From a virus, in UHGV virus genome UHGV-0255042: a stretch of DNA of 22,486 nucleotides; one strand, written 5' to 3'. The notes beneath the pieces are model-generated. The model saw only the letters and a list, made by a program, of their open reading frames with translations. It made no database searches and was not told where the DNA came from. Position 1 is the stretch's first letter; every line of letters starts with the position of its first letter. A program made the position numbers and the translations under genes. This document shows positions 8,851 through 17,619 of this stretch, in pieces.

Positions 8851-8984
8851 GAAACGTTGCTGGCGTCTGAACTTGCTTCTGGCGTCAGCAAGGTTGAACA
8901 ACGAGCTGTGCGAGGCGTTAGCTCTGTGGTGCATGTCTATGCCGCATGAGATCGCATGATCGTTTGAGGATCGTTTTTGCTAAG

Positions 8985-9010
8985 GCCTGCCAGAACTGGC
9001 GGGCTTTTGT
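8985..9010 (+). terminator. Rho-independent terminator candidate after the SOS module
   Basis: GCCTGCCA / TGGCGGGC stem (one G-U pair) followed by TTTTGT. Confidence 0.45.
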
Positions 9011-9054
9011 GTAGATCATGCAGGTGCATGAAAACCACTACATAAAGCGGGCAG

Positions 9055-9067
9055 GCGTGGCGGGGAT
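9055..9067. other. Candidate cos (cohesive-end) site, GGCGTGGCGGGGA
   Basis: Matches the first 13 nt of the 186/P2 cohesive-end sequence as I remember it (GGCG[A/T]GGCGGGGAAAGCA...), then diverges. Recalled from memory, not verified. Confidence 0.3.
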
Positions 9068-9151
9068 ACGAGCGCGCGCAACAGGTAAACCCCTAGACTT
9101 GTTAAAATATTTGTCATATAAATCAAACATCAAACCTAAGGGAGGCAGAGG

Positions 9152-10585
9152 ATGATCCAGCCAAAAGTTTTTATATCCTATAGTTGGTCAAGTAAAACTC
9201 ATCAGCAACATATCAAAGATATAGCTGAACGATTGGCGGCAGATGGAGTTGAAACTGTCATAGATATTTATGACTTGAAAGAAGGGGATGATAAAAATTA
9301 TTACATGGAAAGAATGGTTCAAGATGAAACGGTTACGCATGTTTTAGTCATTTGTGATAAAAAATACTCAGAAAAAGCCGATTTAAGAAAAGATGGTGTC
9401 GGTGTTGAGTCGATGATAATTTCCCAGGAAATATATTCATCCGTGTCGCAGTCCAAATTTATACCATTAATATTTGAGTACAAAGATAATGGAGAGCCGT
9501 ATACTCCAATCTTTCTGAAGTCTAGAATCTATATTGATTTTTCAACGCCAGAAAAAGAAAATGATAATTGGGAACGTTTAATCAGGTTGCTTTATGGAAA
9601 ACCAGAATTTACTAAGCCACCATTAGGTAAGCCTCCGGTTTATTTAGAGCAAGACACGTCAAAACCGACGTATGAAATTCATGCAAAATTTCAAACTTTA
9701 AAATCAGCTGTCTTAAATCAAAAGCAGACATTAAAGGATTGCAGAAGGCAATTTTTAGAGGTGTGCCGAAATTATTGTATCTCACTACAAGTCGTAACAA
9801 ACCCAACTACTGAAGATTTTGCAGCGGAAGTTTTGCAAATTCATAAAGAGCTTATTGCCGTTAGGGATGCCATTACAGACTGGGTTTTACTTGAGGGTGA
9901 TACGCAGGGCGAAGACTTTTCCAAAGCACTATTACAGTTTATGGAAGTAATGTTAGCGATTAGAAATCGTCCGAAAAATGTAAATTCATATAATGAAATA
10001 TGGTTTTTACCCCATAAGATTTTTGCGTATGAAACGTTTTTATATATTTTGGCGGCTTTAATAAAAATTGAAGCTTTCCAGCATGTACATACATTACTGC
10101 ATACATCTTATTTGCTACCCGATCATATAACCAGTCCGGGAATGGAGTTTGCTAATTACAGTGAGTTATATTTAAGCTCTGATTACCTTCAAAGTAAATT
10201 GTCCCCTGAAAACTATCGACTGTATTCCCCTGTTGCTGAGTTAGTAAAGCAAAGTGCAACTAGAGATGATGTGTCTTTCGATGATTTGAAACAAGCTGAT
10301 CTTGTTGCTCTTATGATATCCTTCATTAATCCCAGTATTTTTTGGTACCCGCAAATGTTGTTGTATTCCGGGCACTATGAGAAATATCCTCTATTTACAA
10401 GAGCAATACAGCATAGAGGATTCAAGAGTATTGCAGTTATTACCGGAATCGATGATAGTAAACTTTTGGCTCAAAAGCTGACAGAGGGTGAGGCCCAGCG
10501 AAATACTAGCAACTGGTATCATTTCGGTTTTAATAGAGACTTTCTCAATCAAATGAATGTTAGTCGTCTAGATAGTATTGAATGA
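9152..10585 (+). CDS. TIR/SEFIR-like (STIR) N-terminal domain fused to an unrecognised ~320-aa C-terminal domain; candidate anti-phage defence protein
   Basis: 477-aa ORF with SD AAGGGAGG. N-terminus KVFISYSWSS ... VETVIDIYDL ... THVLVICDKKYSEKA ... FIPLIFE follows the STIR pattern. Visibly AT-rich versus the backbone. Sits between the A/SOS module and Q. Confidence 0.6.
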   Translation: MIQPKVFISYSWSSKTHQQHIKDIAERLAADGVETVIDIYDLKEGDDKNYYMERMVQDETVTHVLVICDKKYSEKADLRKDGVGVESMIISQEIYSSVSQSKFIPLIFEYKDNGEPYTPIFLKSRIYIDFSTPEKENDNWERLIRLLYGKPEFTKPPLGKPPVYLEQDTSKPTYEIHAKFQTLKSAVLNQKQTLKDCRRQFLEVCRNYCISLQVVTNPTTEDFAAEVLQIHKELIAVRDAITDWVLLEGDTQGEDFSKALLQFMEVMLAIRNRPKNVNSYNEIWFLPHKIFAYETFLYILAALIKIEAFQHVHTLLHTSYLLPDHITSPGMEFANYSELYLSSDYLQSKLSPENYRLYSPVAELVKQSATRDDVSFDDLKQADLVALMISFINPSIFWYPQMLLYSGHYEKYPLFTRAIQHRGFKSIAVITGIDDSKLLAQKLTEGEAQRNTSNWYHFGFNRDFLNQMNVSRLDSIE

Positions 10586-10592
10586 AAATTAG

Positions 10593-10614
10593 AGGGCGCT
10601 TTGCAAAGCGCTCT
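10593..10614. terminator. Bidirectional terminator between the convergent cargo gene and Q
   Basis: 16-nt perfect palindrome GCGCTTTGCAAAGCGC flanked by GAGG / CTCT, between the stops at 10585 and 10620. Confidence 0.5.
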
Positions 10615-10619
10615 CTGTA

Positions 10620-11660
10620 TTAGTTTTCAATATCTAAGGTGTAGGGCTCAAAGCGGATCACTTCTTCGCCCAGCCAGTCGTTAAGCTCCTGCAGTCGCTT
10701 CTGCAGCGGCATCAGCTCGTTGCGGACAAAGACGCGGCTGGCCTTTTCCACATCACCAAAGCCGCCGGTATTGTTGGGAATGATGCCCATCATCTGCGGC
10801 GGCACGCGGTGAGCAGCCATCATGTCATCACGGCTCACGTTCTTGATGTTCAGAAATTCATCCTTTGCCGCAACTTCCGACAACGGGATTATCTGGATGC
10901 CGTCCTTTTTACCGTTGGGCGAATACATAAACAGGTTGCGGAAGTTGCCCGGCCCTTTGGCGCTTTTCATTGCCTGGCGGATATTGTTCACGTCCTCCTG
11001 ATTCTGTGCTGCGTCGGTCATGTACATGATGAAACCCGCGTGGCTGCCGTTGATGTAATACTTCCGGCGAAACAGCGTTGCTGACTCGTTGAGCAGGGTT
11101 GACGGGATGGCGGAGAGATAGCCGGGCAGCCCGTAAATCTCCTGATTAATATCCGGTTCCAGCAGATGAAAGATGTTGCCCTGCGTAAATTCATAGGGCT
11201 GCGTGGTCATGCCATACTGCACAAACCAGTAGGTGTCGAGATCCACGCCGCGCCGTGTGTACTTCGCCAGTGCTGGCTCCAGCGAGAGAACGCCGCCGAC
11301 CCGGTTGGTGCGCTTTTCCAGATAGGCGTTACCGAACACCAGATAATCCTGGACGAAACGGGCAAAAGCCTGCTGGCTGAGCAGGCGGTGCGGGATATAG
11401 GTACTGCTGAGAATGTCACGCTTAACGGCAATCGGTGAGCTGTGATGCACGGCGGCGCGATAGGTCCGCGCCAGTCCGTCAAAGCTCACCGGCGGTTCAT
11501 ACCAGCGATCCATCTGCACGCATTCCACGTAGTTCAGCAATTCGCGTCGGTCTAACACCGGCACCGGGTCGCCAAAGCTGAACGCCTCTGCCGCAGCACC
11601 GCCTGAATTTGCGTTGTGATCTACTGCTGCGCGGTTATTCTTGTTTTTACGTTTGCTCAT
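10620..11660 (-). CDS. Q: Portal protein (P2 gpQ-like)
   Basis: 346 aa, close to the ~344 aa I recall for P2 Q; position next to the terminase, leftward late operon. Confidence 0.9.
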   Translation of the reverse strand: MSKRKNKNNRAAVDHNANSGGAAAEAFSFGDPVPVLDRRELLNYVECVQMDRWYEPPVSFDGLARTYRAAVHHSSPIAVKRDILSSTYIPHRLLSQQAFARFVQDYLVFGNAYLEKRTNRVGGVLSLEPALAKYTRRGVDLDTYWFVQYGMTTQPYEFTQGNIFHLLEPDINQEIYGLPGYLSAIPSTLLNESATLFRRKYYINGSHAGFIMYMTDAAQNQEDVNNIRQAMKSAKGPGNFRNLFMYSPNGKKDGIQIIPLSEVAAKDEFLNIKNVSRDDMMAAHRVPPQMMGIIPNNTGGFGDVEKASRVFVRNELMPLQKRLQELNDWLGEEVIRFEPYTLDIEN

Positions 11661-12382
11661 GCCGCCTGCTCCTTGTCAGTCTGGGGCCATTCGCACATAA
11701 ACAGCATTTTCCAGTCCTCTGCTGATAACTCTTTTTTCATGTCATTAAGCCATTCATCATCAAAGAGCGCGGCTCCGGTTGCGAGCGTTGCCCCGGATGC
11801 TGCAGCGTCATCAGCGGTAAAAATCATGCTGGTTGTGCTGTTGCGGGCAATCAGCTTCTTGTATTCCCGCCATGCTTCCGAGCTGGGGCTTGGGGTGGTG
11901 TAGTAGGTAGCGTGATAGCGCGCGTGCATGGACAGGCTTTTGGCGAGCGCAATCATATTTTTCGGGGAGTCCGCCCAGGCATACTCTGACACATAGACGT
12001 TTCCATGGAGCGCGGCGGCGAGACTTTTCGGCCCGATAAAATAAATGACCGCACCGTTAGGTAGTTCCAGATGCGCTTTACCTGATTTTATTTTCCCAAG
12101 GTGTGTCCAGGTTGCGGCCTGATCTATAAAGGCTGACATATAGGTTTTGACTGTCAGGGCGGATGCCGGGGTGCAGCCAAGAAAAATCTGGTTGCGTCCG
12201 GTATGCAGTGCATCGTTCAGGGCTTCGTAGGCGAAAAAGAAATCCGCGCCAGCCTGATGCATTTTTGTAAGCACACGGTTTCTGCTGCGTGCGCCGCTGT
12301 TCCATTCATGCTGGTAAGCAAAGAAAGGGCGATCTACAGGCAGGCTGGCGGTGGTCATGAGGTTAGTTGGGGTTGAGTGCAT
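11657..12382 (-). CDS. Terminase ATPase-domain paralog (241 aa): diverged, truncated, lacking the N-terminal and nuclease regions; function unknown
   Basis: Aligns by eye to the central part of the adjacent terminase: ALNDALHTGRNQIFLG vs ALIDALLTGRNQIFLS; LPNGAVIYFIGP vs LPNGAALYFLGT; HGNVYVSEYAW vs HGNLYLDEYFW; YTTPSPSS vs YFSTPSS; LFMCEW vs LLMCEF. ATGA overlaps with P upstream and Q downstream. Confidence 0.7.
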   Translation of the reverse strand: MHSTPTNLMTTASLPVDRPFFAYQHEWNSGARSRNRVLTKMHQAGADFFFAYEALNDALHTGRNQIFLGCTPASALTVKTYMSAFIDQAATWTHLGKIKSGKAHLELPNGAVIYFIGPKSLAAALHGNVYVSEYAWADSPKNMIALAKSLSMHARYHATYYTTPSPSSEAWREYKKLIARNSTTSMIFTADDAAASGATLATGAALFDDEWLNDMKKELSAEDWKMLFMCEWPQTDKEQAA

Positions 12383-14148
12383 CAGAAAATCTCCACAATG
12401 TTGCTGGTATTGGCGGCTTCGCCCTGCAGCGGTTCGTTAAACAGTGCGTGCATCGTTGCCCAGGCCAAATCTGCGTGGCTGGCTTCTTCGCTGCGGCTGG
12501 CTTCGTAGGTAGGTCGGTTGCCGCTGGCGGTGGTGGCCCGGCGGATAGCCATAAAGGACTGCGCAATGTCAATGTGTCCGGCGTCAAACTCCAGACGGCG
12601 GTGGCTGATGATGTCGTAGGCCTTGAGCACCAGGGCGTTTTTGACGTTGGGGTTGTAGACAAACTCCCGCACGGCAGGAAAGAACGCTTTCACGTTCTCG
12701 TAGACACCGTGACCGACGCCGGTCGAGTCGATGCCGATATAGGTCACGTTGTACTGCTGCGTCAGTTTTTTAATGGCGTCAGCCTGGGCGCGGAAGTCCA
12801 TCCCGCGCCACTGGTGTCGCTCCAGAATGCGGAACTTGCCGCCCGGCACGGTTGGCGGTGCCACCACCACGCACCCGGCGCTGTCACCGTTCTGCGTGCC
12901 TTTCGCCGGGTCGTATCCGATCCAGACTTCGCGCCAGCCAAACGGGCGCAGGGCCAGAGCATGAAAGTCGGTCCAGACTTCCCAACTGTCCACCATGCAC
13001 GCCTGCAGCTCGCTGAGCGGAAACACGGACGCGAGATCGTCCACAAACTCGCACATCAGTAGGTTCTGGTATTCGTCCGGGCTGTACTCCATGCGCAACT
13101 GGTCGAGGTCGAACAGGTTACAGCCGCCGCGCACCGCATCTTCCACAGTGACTATCTGGCGGTACTGTCCGTCAGGGCAGAGCAGGCCGCGCGCAAGATT
13201 GCTGTGGGTCAGGTCAATATCCACCTTGTCCGCTTTGGCGCGGCCCCGGTTAAACAGCGCACCGGACCAGAACGGATAGGCACTGTGTGTCAGGCTGGAT
13301 GGCGTGGAAAAATAGGTTTGTCGCCATTTCTTGTGAATGGCCATCCCGGAGGCAACTTTGCGCAGTTCCTGGAATTTCGGTATCCAGAAATATTCATCAA
13401 GGTACAGGTTGCCGTGGTAGCTCTGCGCCGTACGGGCGTTGGTGCCGAGAAAGTACAATGCTGCGCCATTAGGTAGCACCATAGGATCGCCTTTCAGCTC
13501 CACCTCAACTTCTTTGGCAAAGTCGATGATGTACTGCTTAAAGACGTGCGCCTGTGCCTTACTGGCAGAAAGGAAAATCTGGTTACGTCCGGTAAGCAGG
13601 GCGTCAATCAGGGCTTCACGGGCAAAGTAAAAGGTCGCGCCGATCTGGCGTGACTTCAGCAGGTTGCGGATGCGGTTGGTTTTTCCGGCTTCCCACCAGT
13701 GGCGCTGGTAGTTGAACATGGAGGAATAAAAGATTTCTTCCAGCTTCTCAATCTGTTCATCGGTGAAAACGTTCTTTTCCGGCTGACGGCGCGGGCCTTT
13801 GTTGCGGTTGGCGACGTTAGGGTTTAAGTCGGCTTCGTTGCCGCCATTGTTAAACTTGCCGATCCGCGCATGGCGCTCCGACTGGCGCGCCAGCAGGTCA
13901 ATCTCTTTGAAATCTTTCCCTTCTTTGTGCTCCTTCATAATGAGCTGGCAGTAGCGTGCGGCGGTGGTGAGCTGCATCTGATCCAGCGGCCCATAGTCAC
14001 CCCACTTGTCGCGTTTTTTCCAGCTGTGAACGGTTGCAACTTTCTCGCCCAGCATTTCAGCAATGCGGGCTACGCGGTATCCCTGAAAGTACAGCAGCAT
14101 GGCCTGCCGACGGGGATCGAGATCTGCGGGTGTCAGTGTGGTGTTCAT
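12382..14148 (-). CDS. P: Terminase large (ATPase) subunit (P2 gpP-like)
   Basis: 588 aa (P2 P is ~590 as I recall); N-terminal HTH-like region, central ATPase core; first gene of the leftward late operon. Confidence 0.9.
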   Translation of the reverse strand: MNTTLTPADLDPRRQAMLLYFQGYRVARIAEMLGEKVATVHSWKKRDKWGDYGPLDQMQLTTAARYCQLIMKEHKEGKDFKEIDLLARQSERHARIGKFNNGGNEADLNPNVANRNKGPRRQPEKNVFTDEQIEKLEEIFYSSMFNYQRHWWEAGKTNRIRNLLKSRQIGATFYFAREALIDALLTGRNQIFLSASKAQAHVFKQYIIDFAKEVEVELKGDPMVLPNGAALYFLGTNARTAQSYHGNLYLDEYFWIPKFQELRKVASGMAIHKKWRQTYFSTPSSLTHSAYPFWSGALFNRGRAKADKVDIDLTHSNLARGLLCPDGQYRQIVTVEDAVRGGCNLFDLDQLRMEYSPDEYQNLLMCEFVDDLASVFPLSELQACMVDSWEVWTDFHALALRPFGWREVWIGYDPAKGTQNGDSAGCVVVAPPTVPGGKFRILERHQWRGMDFRAQADAIKKLTQQYNVTYIGIDSTGVGHGVYENVKAFFPAVREFVYNPNVKNALVLKAYDIISHRRLEFDAGHIDIAQSFMAIRRATTASGNRPTYEASRSEEASHADLAWATMHALFNEPLQGEAANTSNIVEIF

Positions 14149-14194
14149 GGCACAAACCTACAGCCTTGAATGAAGGCTTTCCCCGCCTGCGGTT

Positions 14195-14212
14195 TGTGTG
14201 GTTGTCGGTACA
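14195..14212. promoter_or_regulatory. Late-promoter activator site TGT-N12-ACA (Ogr/B/Delta-type) in the divergent P/O promoter region
   Basis: TGTGTGGTTGTCGGTACA; centre about 55-60 nt upstream of a CATAAG -10-like hexamer (14251-14256) and 88 nt upstream of the O start. Confidence 0.5.
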
Positions 14213-14290
14213 AATACCGCGCATTGTTTCACTGCCCCCATCACCGCAACCATAAGGCTCCAGTAAGTTTTTTCTAACGGAGCACGGCTC

Positions 14291-15124
14291 ATGACAGTGA
14301 AAGCAAAGCGTTTTCGCATCGGGGTGGAAGGTGCCACCACCGACGGACGCGAAATCCAGCGTGAATGGCTGGAACAGATGGCAGCCAGCTACAACCCGGC
14401 GGTGTATACCGCGCTGATTAACCTTGAGCACATCAAGTCTTATCTGCCGGACAGCACCTTTAACCGCTACGGCAAGGTGACGGCGCTGTTTGCTGAAGAA
14501 ATCACGGAAGGTCCGCTGGCAGGCAAGATGGCGCTGTATGCCGACGTTGAGCCAACGGAGTCCCTGGTGGAACTGGTGAAAAAAGGCCAGAAATTATTCA
14601 CCTCTATGGAAGTCAGCCCGAAGTTCGCTGATACGGGCAAAGCCTATCTGGTCGGCCTGGCTGCCACTGATGACCCTGCCAGTCTGGGTACGGAAATGCT
14701 GACATTCAGCGCCAGTGCAGCCCATAACCCGCTGGCAAACCGCAAGCAGAATCCTGCCAATCTCTTTACCGCTGCAGAGGAAACGGTGATCGAACTGGAA
14801 GAAATCCAGGACGACAAACCGTCCCTGTTTGCCCGCGTCACGGCGCTGTTTACCAAAAAAGAGCAGTCCGATGACGCCCGGTTCTCTGATGTGCATAAGG
14901 CCGTGGAGCTGGTCGCCACTGAGCAGCAGAACCTGAGCGCACGCACCGAAAAATCCCTGTCTGAGCAGGAAGAACGCCTGTCTGAGCTGGAGACTGCCCT
15001 GCAGGCACAGCAAACCGCCTTTAACGAACTGGTGGACAAGCTGAGTCATGAAGACAGTCGCCAGGACTACCGCCAGCGTGCAACAGGCGGTAACGCCCCC
15101 GCTGACACTCTGACCAATTGCTGA
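14291..15124 (+). CDS. O: Capsid scaffolding protein (P2 gpO-like)
   Basis: 277 aa, acidic and coiled-coil-rich C-terminal half; position before the major capsid gene; SD GGAG. Confidence 0.85.
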   Translation: MTVKAKRFRIGVEGATTDGREIQREWLEQMAASYNPAVYTALINLEHIKSYLPDSTFNRYGKVTALFAEEITEGPLAGKMALYADVEPTESLVELVKKGQKLFTSMEVSPKFADTGKAYLVGLAATDDPASLGTEMLTFSASAAHNPLANRKQNPANLFTAAEETVIELEEIQDDKPSLFARVTALFTKKEQSDDARFSDVHKAVELVATEQQNLSARTEKSLSEQEERLSELETALQAQQTAFNELVDKLSHEDSRQDYRQRATGGNAPADTLTNC

Positions 15125-15140
15125 TGGAGCACAAAACCCG

Positions 15141-16199
15141 ATGAAGAAGAATACCCGCTTTGCTTTTAACGCTTACCTGCAGCAGCTGGCGCGTCTGAAC
15201 GGTGTGGCAGTTGAAGAACTGTCCAGCAAGTTCACCGTGGAGCCGTCTGTGCAGCAGACGCTGGAAGACCAGATCCAGCAGTCCGCCGCTTTCCTGACGC
15301 TGATTAACGTCACGCCAGTGACTGAGCAGTCCGGTCAGCTGCTGGGGCTGGGAGTTGGCAGCACCATTGCCGGAACCACTGACACCACCGCGAAAGAGCG
15401 TGAACCTGTCGATCCGACGCTGATGGTCGATGTGGAATATAAATGCGAGCAGACCAACTTTGACACGGTGCTGACCTACGCGAAGCTGGACCTGTGGGCG
15501 AAGTTTCAGGATTTCCAGGTGCGCATCCGTGACGCCATCGTGAAACGTCAGGCTCTGGACCGCATCATGATCGGCTTTAACGGCGTGAAGCGTGCGAAAA
15601 CCTCCAACCGTAGTGAAAACCCGCTGCTGCAGGATGTGAACAAAGGCTGGCTGCAGAAAATCCGTGAAGATGCACCGGATCACGTCATGGGTAGCACCAC
15701 CACGGGCGGTGAAACCACACCGGGTGCGGTGAAAGTCGGGAAAGGTGGCGAATATGCCAACCTGGACGCCGTGGTGATGGATGCCGTCAATGAGCTTATC
15801 GACGTGGTCTACCAGGACGATGACGATCTGGTGGTGATTTGCGGTCGTGAACTGCTGTCTGACAAGTATTTCCCGCTGGTCAACAAAGAGCAGGAAAACA
15901 GTGAAAAACTGGCAGCCGATATGATTATCAGTCAGAAACGCATGGGCGGTCTGCAGGCCGTGCGTGCGCCGTTCTTCCCGCCGAATGCGCTGCTGATCAC
16001 CCGTCTGGATAACTTGTCCATCTACTGGCAGGAAGACACCCGCCGCCGTTCAGTTATCGACAACCCGAAACGTGATCGGATTGAAAACTTTGAATCTGTT
16101 AACGAAGCCTATGTGGTTGAGGACTACCGCTGCGCTGCACTGGTGGAAAACATCCAGATTGGCGATTTCAGCGCCGCCGCAGCAGAAGCCGGAGCGTAA
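15141..16199 (+). CDS. N: Major capsid protein (P2 gpN-like)
   Basis: 352 aa. N-terminus MKKNTRFAFNAYLQQLARLNGV ... FTVEPSVQQTL resembles P2 N as I recall it. Confidence 0.9.
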   Translation: MKKNTRFAFNAYLQQLARLNGVAVEELSSKFTVEPSVQQTLEDQIQQSAAFLTLINVTPVTEQSGQLLGLGVGSTIAGTTDTTAKEREPVDPTLMVDVEYKCEQTNFDTVLTYAKLDLWAKFQDFQVRIRDAIVKRQALDRIMIGFNGVKRAKTSNRSENPLLQDVNKGWLQKIREDAPDHVMGSTTTGGETTPGAVKVGKGGEYANLDAVVMDAVNELIDVVYQDDDDLVVICGRELLSDKYFPLVNKEQENSEKLAADMIISQKRMGGLQAVRAPFFPPNALLITRLDNLSIYWQEDTRRRSVIDNPKRDRIENFESVNEAYVVEDYRCAALVENIQIGDFSAAAAEAGA

Positions 16200-16202
16200 C
16201 CC

Positions 16203-16853
16203 ATGAGCCTGAGTCCCGCACGGCAGCATCGCCTGCGCGTTCAGGCTGAACAGGCCGCCCGTGAGGGCGGCAGCGTTCGCCACGCGTCGGGCTATGACCT
16301 GATGCTGCTGCAACTGGCGGAAGACCGCCGCCGTCTCAAGGGCGTTCAGTCCACGGTCAAAAAAGCGGAAATCAAGGTGGAACTGCTGCCGAAATACGCC
16401 GCCTGGGCAGAGGGTGTCCTGGCTGGCGGAGGCGCGCAACAGGATGACGTGCTGATGTACGTGATGCTGTGGCGCATTGATGCCGGAGATTATGCCGGGG
16501 CGCTGGAGATCGGGCGTCACGCCCTGCGTCATGGCTGGGTGATGCCGTTGGGTAACCGCAACGTGCAGACCGTGCTGGCAGAGGAAATGGCAGACGCGGC
16601 GCAGAGCGCAATGCTTGCCGCCACCGGCTTTGATGCTGATCTGTTGCTGCAGACGCTGGAGCTGACAGACGGTCTGGATATGCCGGACCAGTCACGGGCA
16701 CGTCTGCATAAAGCGATTGGCGCTGTCCTGAGTGAAAGCAATCCGGCTTCCGCCCTTAATCATCTCAACCATGCGTTACGGCTCGATCCCCGCTGTGGCG
16801 TGAAAAAAGACAAACAGCAGCTGGAGCGCAGACTGCGCAATGACAGCCGCTGA
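16203..16853 (+). CDS. M: Terminase small / endonuclease subunit (P2 gpM-like)
   Basis: 216 aa, by position after N. Confidence 0.8.
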   Translation: MSLSPARQHRLRVQAEQAAREGGSVRHASGYDLMLLQLAEDRRRLKGVQSTVKKAEIKVELLPKYAAWAEGVLAGGGAQQDDVLMYVMLWRIDAGDYAGALEIGRHALRHGWVMPLGNRNVQTVLAEEMADAAQSAMLAATGFDADLLLQTLELTDGLDMPDQSRARLHKAIGAVLSESNPASALNHLNHALRLDPRCGVKKDKQQLERRLRNDSR

Positions 16854-16948
16854 CAGAACGTGCCCCCGCGCACGGGCGGCACGGGGTGGCGAAAGGCACT
16901 GCCACATCAAAACCCCGTCCACCGCCCTTTATTTCAGGAGAAAGCAGC

Positions 16949-17413
16949 ATGAAGTTTGTTGCGCCAGAACAGGCACCGGAACAGGCGGAAATCATCAGAA
17001 ATACGCCGTTCTGGCCTGATGTGGACCTGTCGGAGTTTCGCAGCGTGATGCGCACTGATGGCACGGTGACGCAGCCGCGTTTAAAGCAGGTTGCGCTGTC
17101 GGCAATTTCGGAGGTCAACGCAGAGCTGTATGAGTTTCGCAGACGCCAGCAGATGCTGGGGTATGCGTCGCTGGCAGAGGTTCCGGCGGAACAGCTGGAC
17201 GGCAAAAGTGAGCGCATTCAGCACTATTTCAACGCGGTTTACTGCTGGGCACGCGCCATGCTCAACGAACGTTACCAGGACTATGACGCCACGGCGTCCG
17301 GTGTGAAGCGGGGCGAGGAACTGGCGGAAGCAAGCGGTGATTTGTGGCGTGACGCCCGCTGGGCCATCAGCCGGGTGCAGGATGCGCCGCACTGCACAGT
17401 GGAGCTTATCTGA
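16949..17413 (+). CDS. L: Head completion/stabilisation protein (P2 gpL-like)
   Basis: 154 aa from the ATG at 16949 (SD CAGGAG); ORF-track upstream extension rejected. Confidence 0.8.
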   Translation: MKFVAPEQAPEQAEIIRNTPFWPDVDLSEFRSVMRTDGTVTQPRLKQVALSAISEVNAELYEFRRRQQMLGYASLAEVPAEQLDGKSERIQHYFNAVYCWARAMLNERYQDYDATASGVKRGEELAEASGDLWRDARWAISRVQDAPHCTVELI

Positions 17414-17616
17414 TGAAAGTGCGTGCGCATCAGTATGACACGGTGGACGCGCTTTGCTGGCGTCATTACGGGCGCACGCAGGGTGTCACGGAGCAGGTAC
17501 TGAAGGCAAATCCGGGGCTTGCCGAATACGGCCCCTTTTTACCTCACGGGCTGCAGGTGGAGTTGCCGGACATTCCGACCACCACCACCGTGCAGACCGT
17601 CCAGCTATGGGACTGA
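17413..17616 (+). CDS. X: Tail protein X (P2 gpX-like)
   Basis: 67 aa, the same length as P2 X as I recall it. Confidence 0.8.
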   Translation: MKVRAHQYDTVDALCWRHYGRTQGVTEQVLKANPGLAEYGPFLPHGLQVELPDIPTTTTVQTVQLWD

Positions 17617-17619
17617 ATT

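Noticed and set aside
8856-8895. Direct repeat CTGGCGTC ... CTGGCGTC after the DinI-like gene
   Set aside because: Not a clean hairpin, and two short copies are not enough to call a repeat element.
12367-13062. 231-aa + strand ORF and several 60-100-aa ORFs antisense to terminase P
   Set aside because: Fully embedded antisense in P; no SD; biased composition.
14594-15683. - strand ORFs of 151, 131 and 220 aa overlapping O and N
   Set aside because: Antisense to the scaffold and capsid genes; Ser/Arg/Cys-rich; no independent support.
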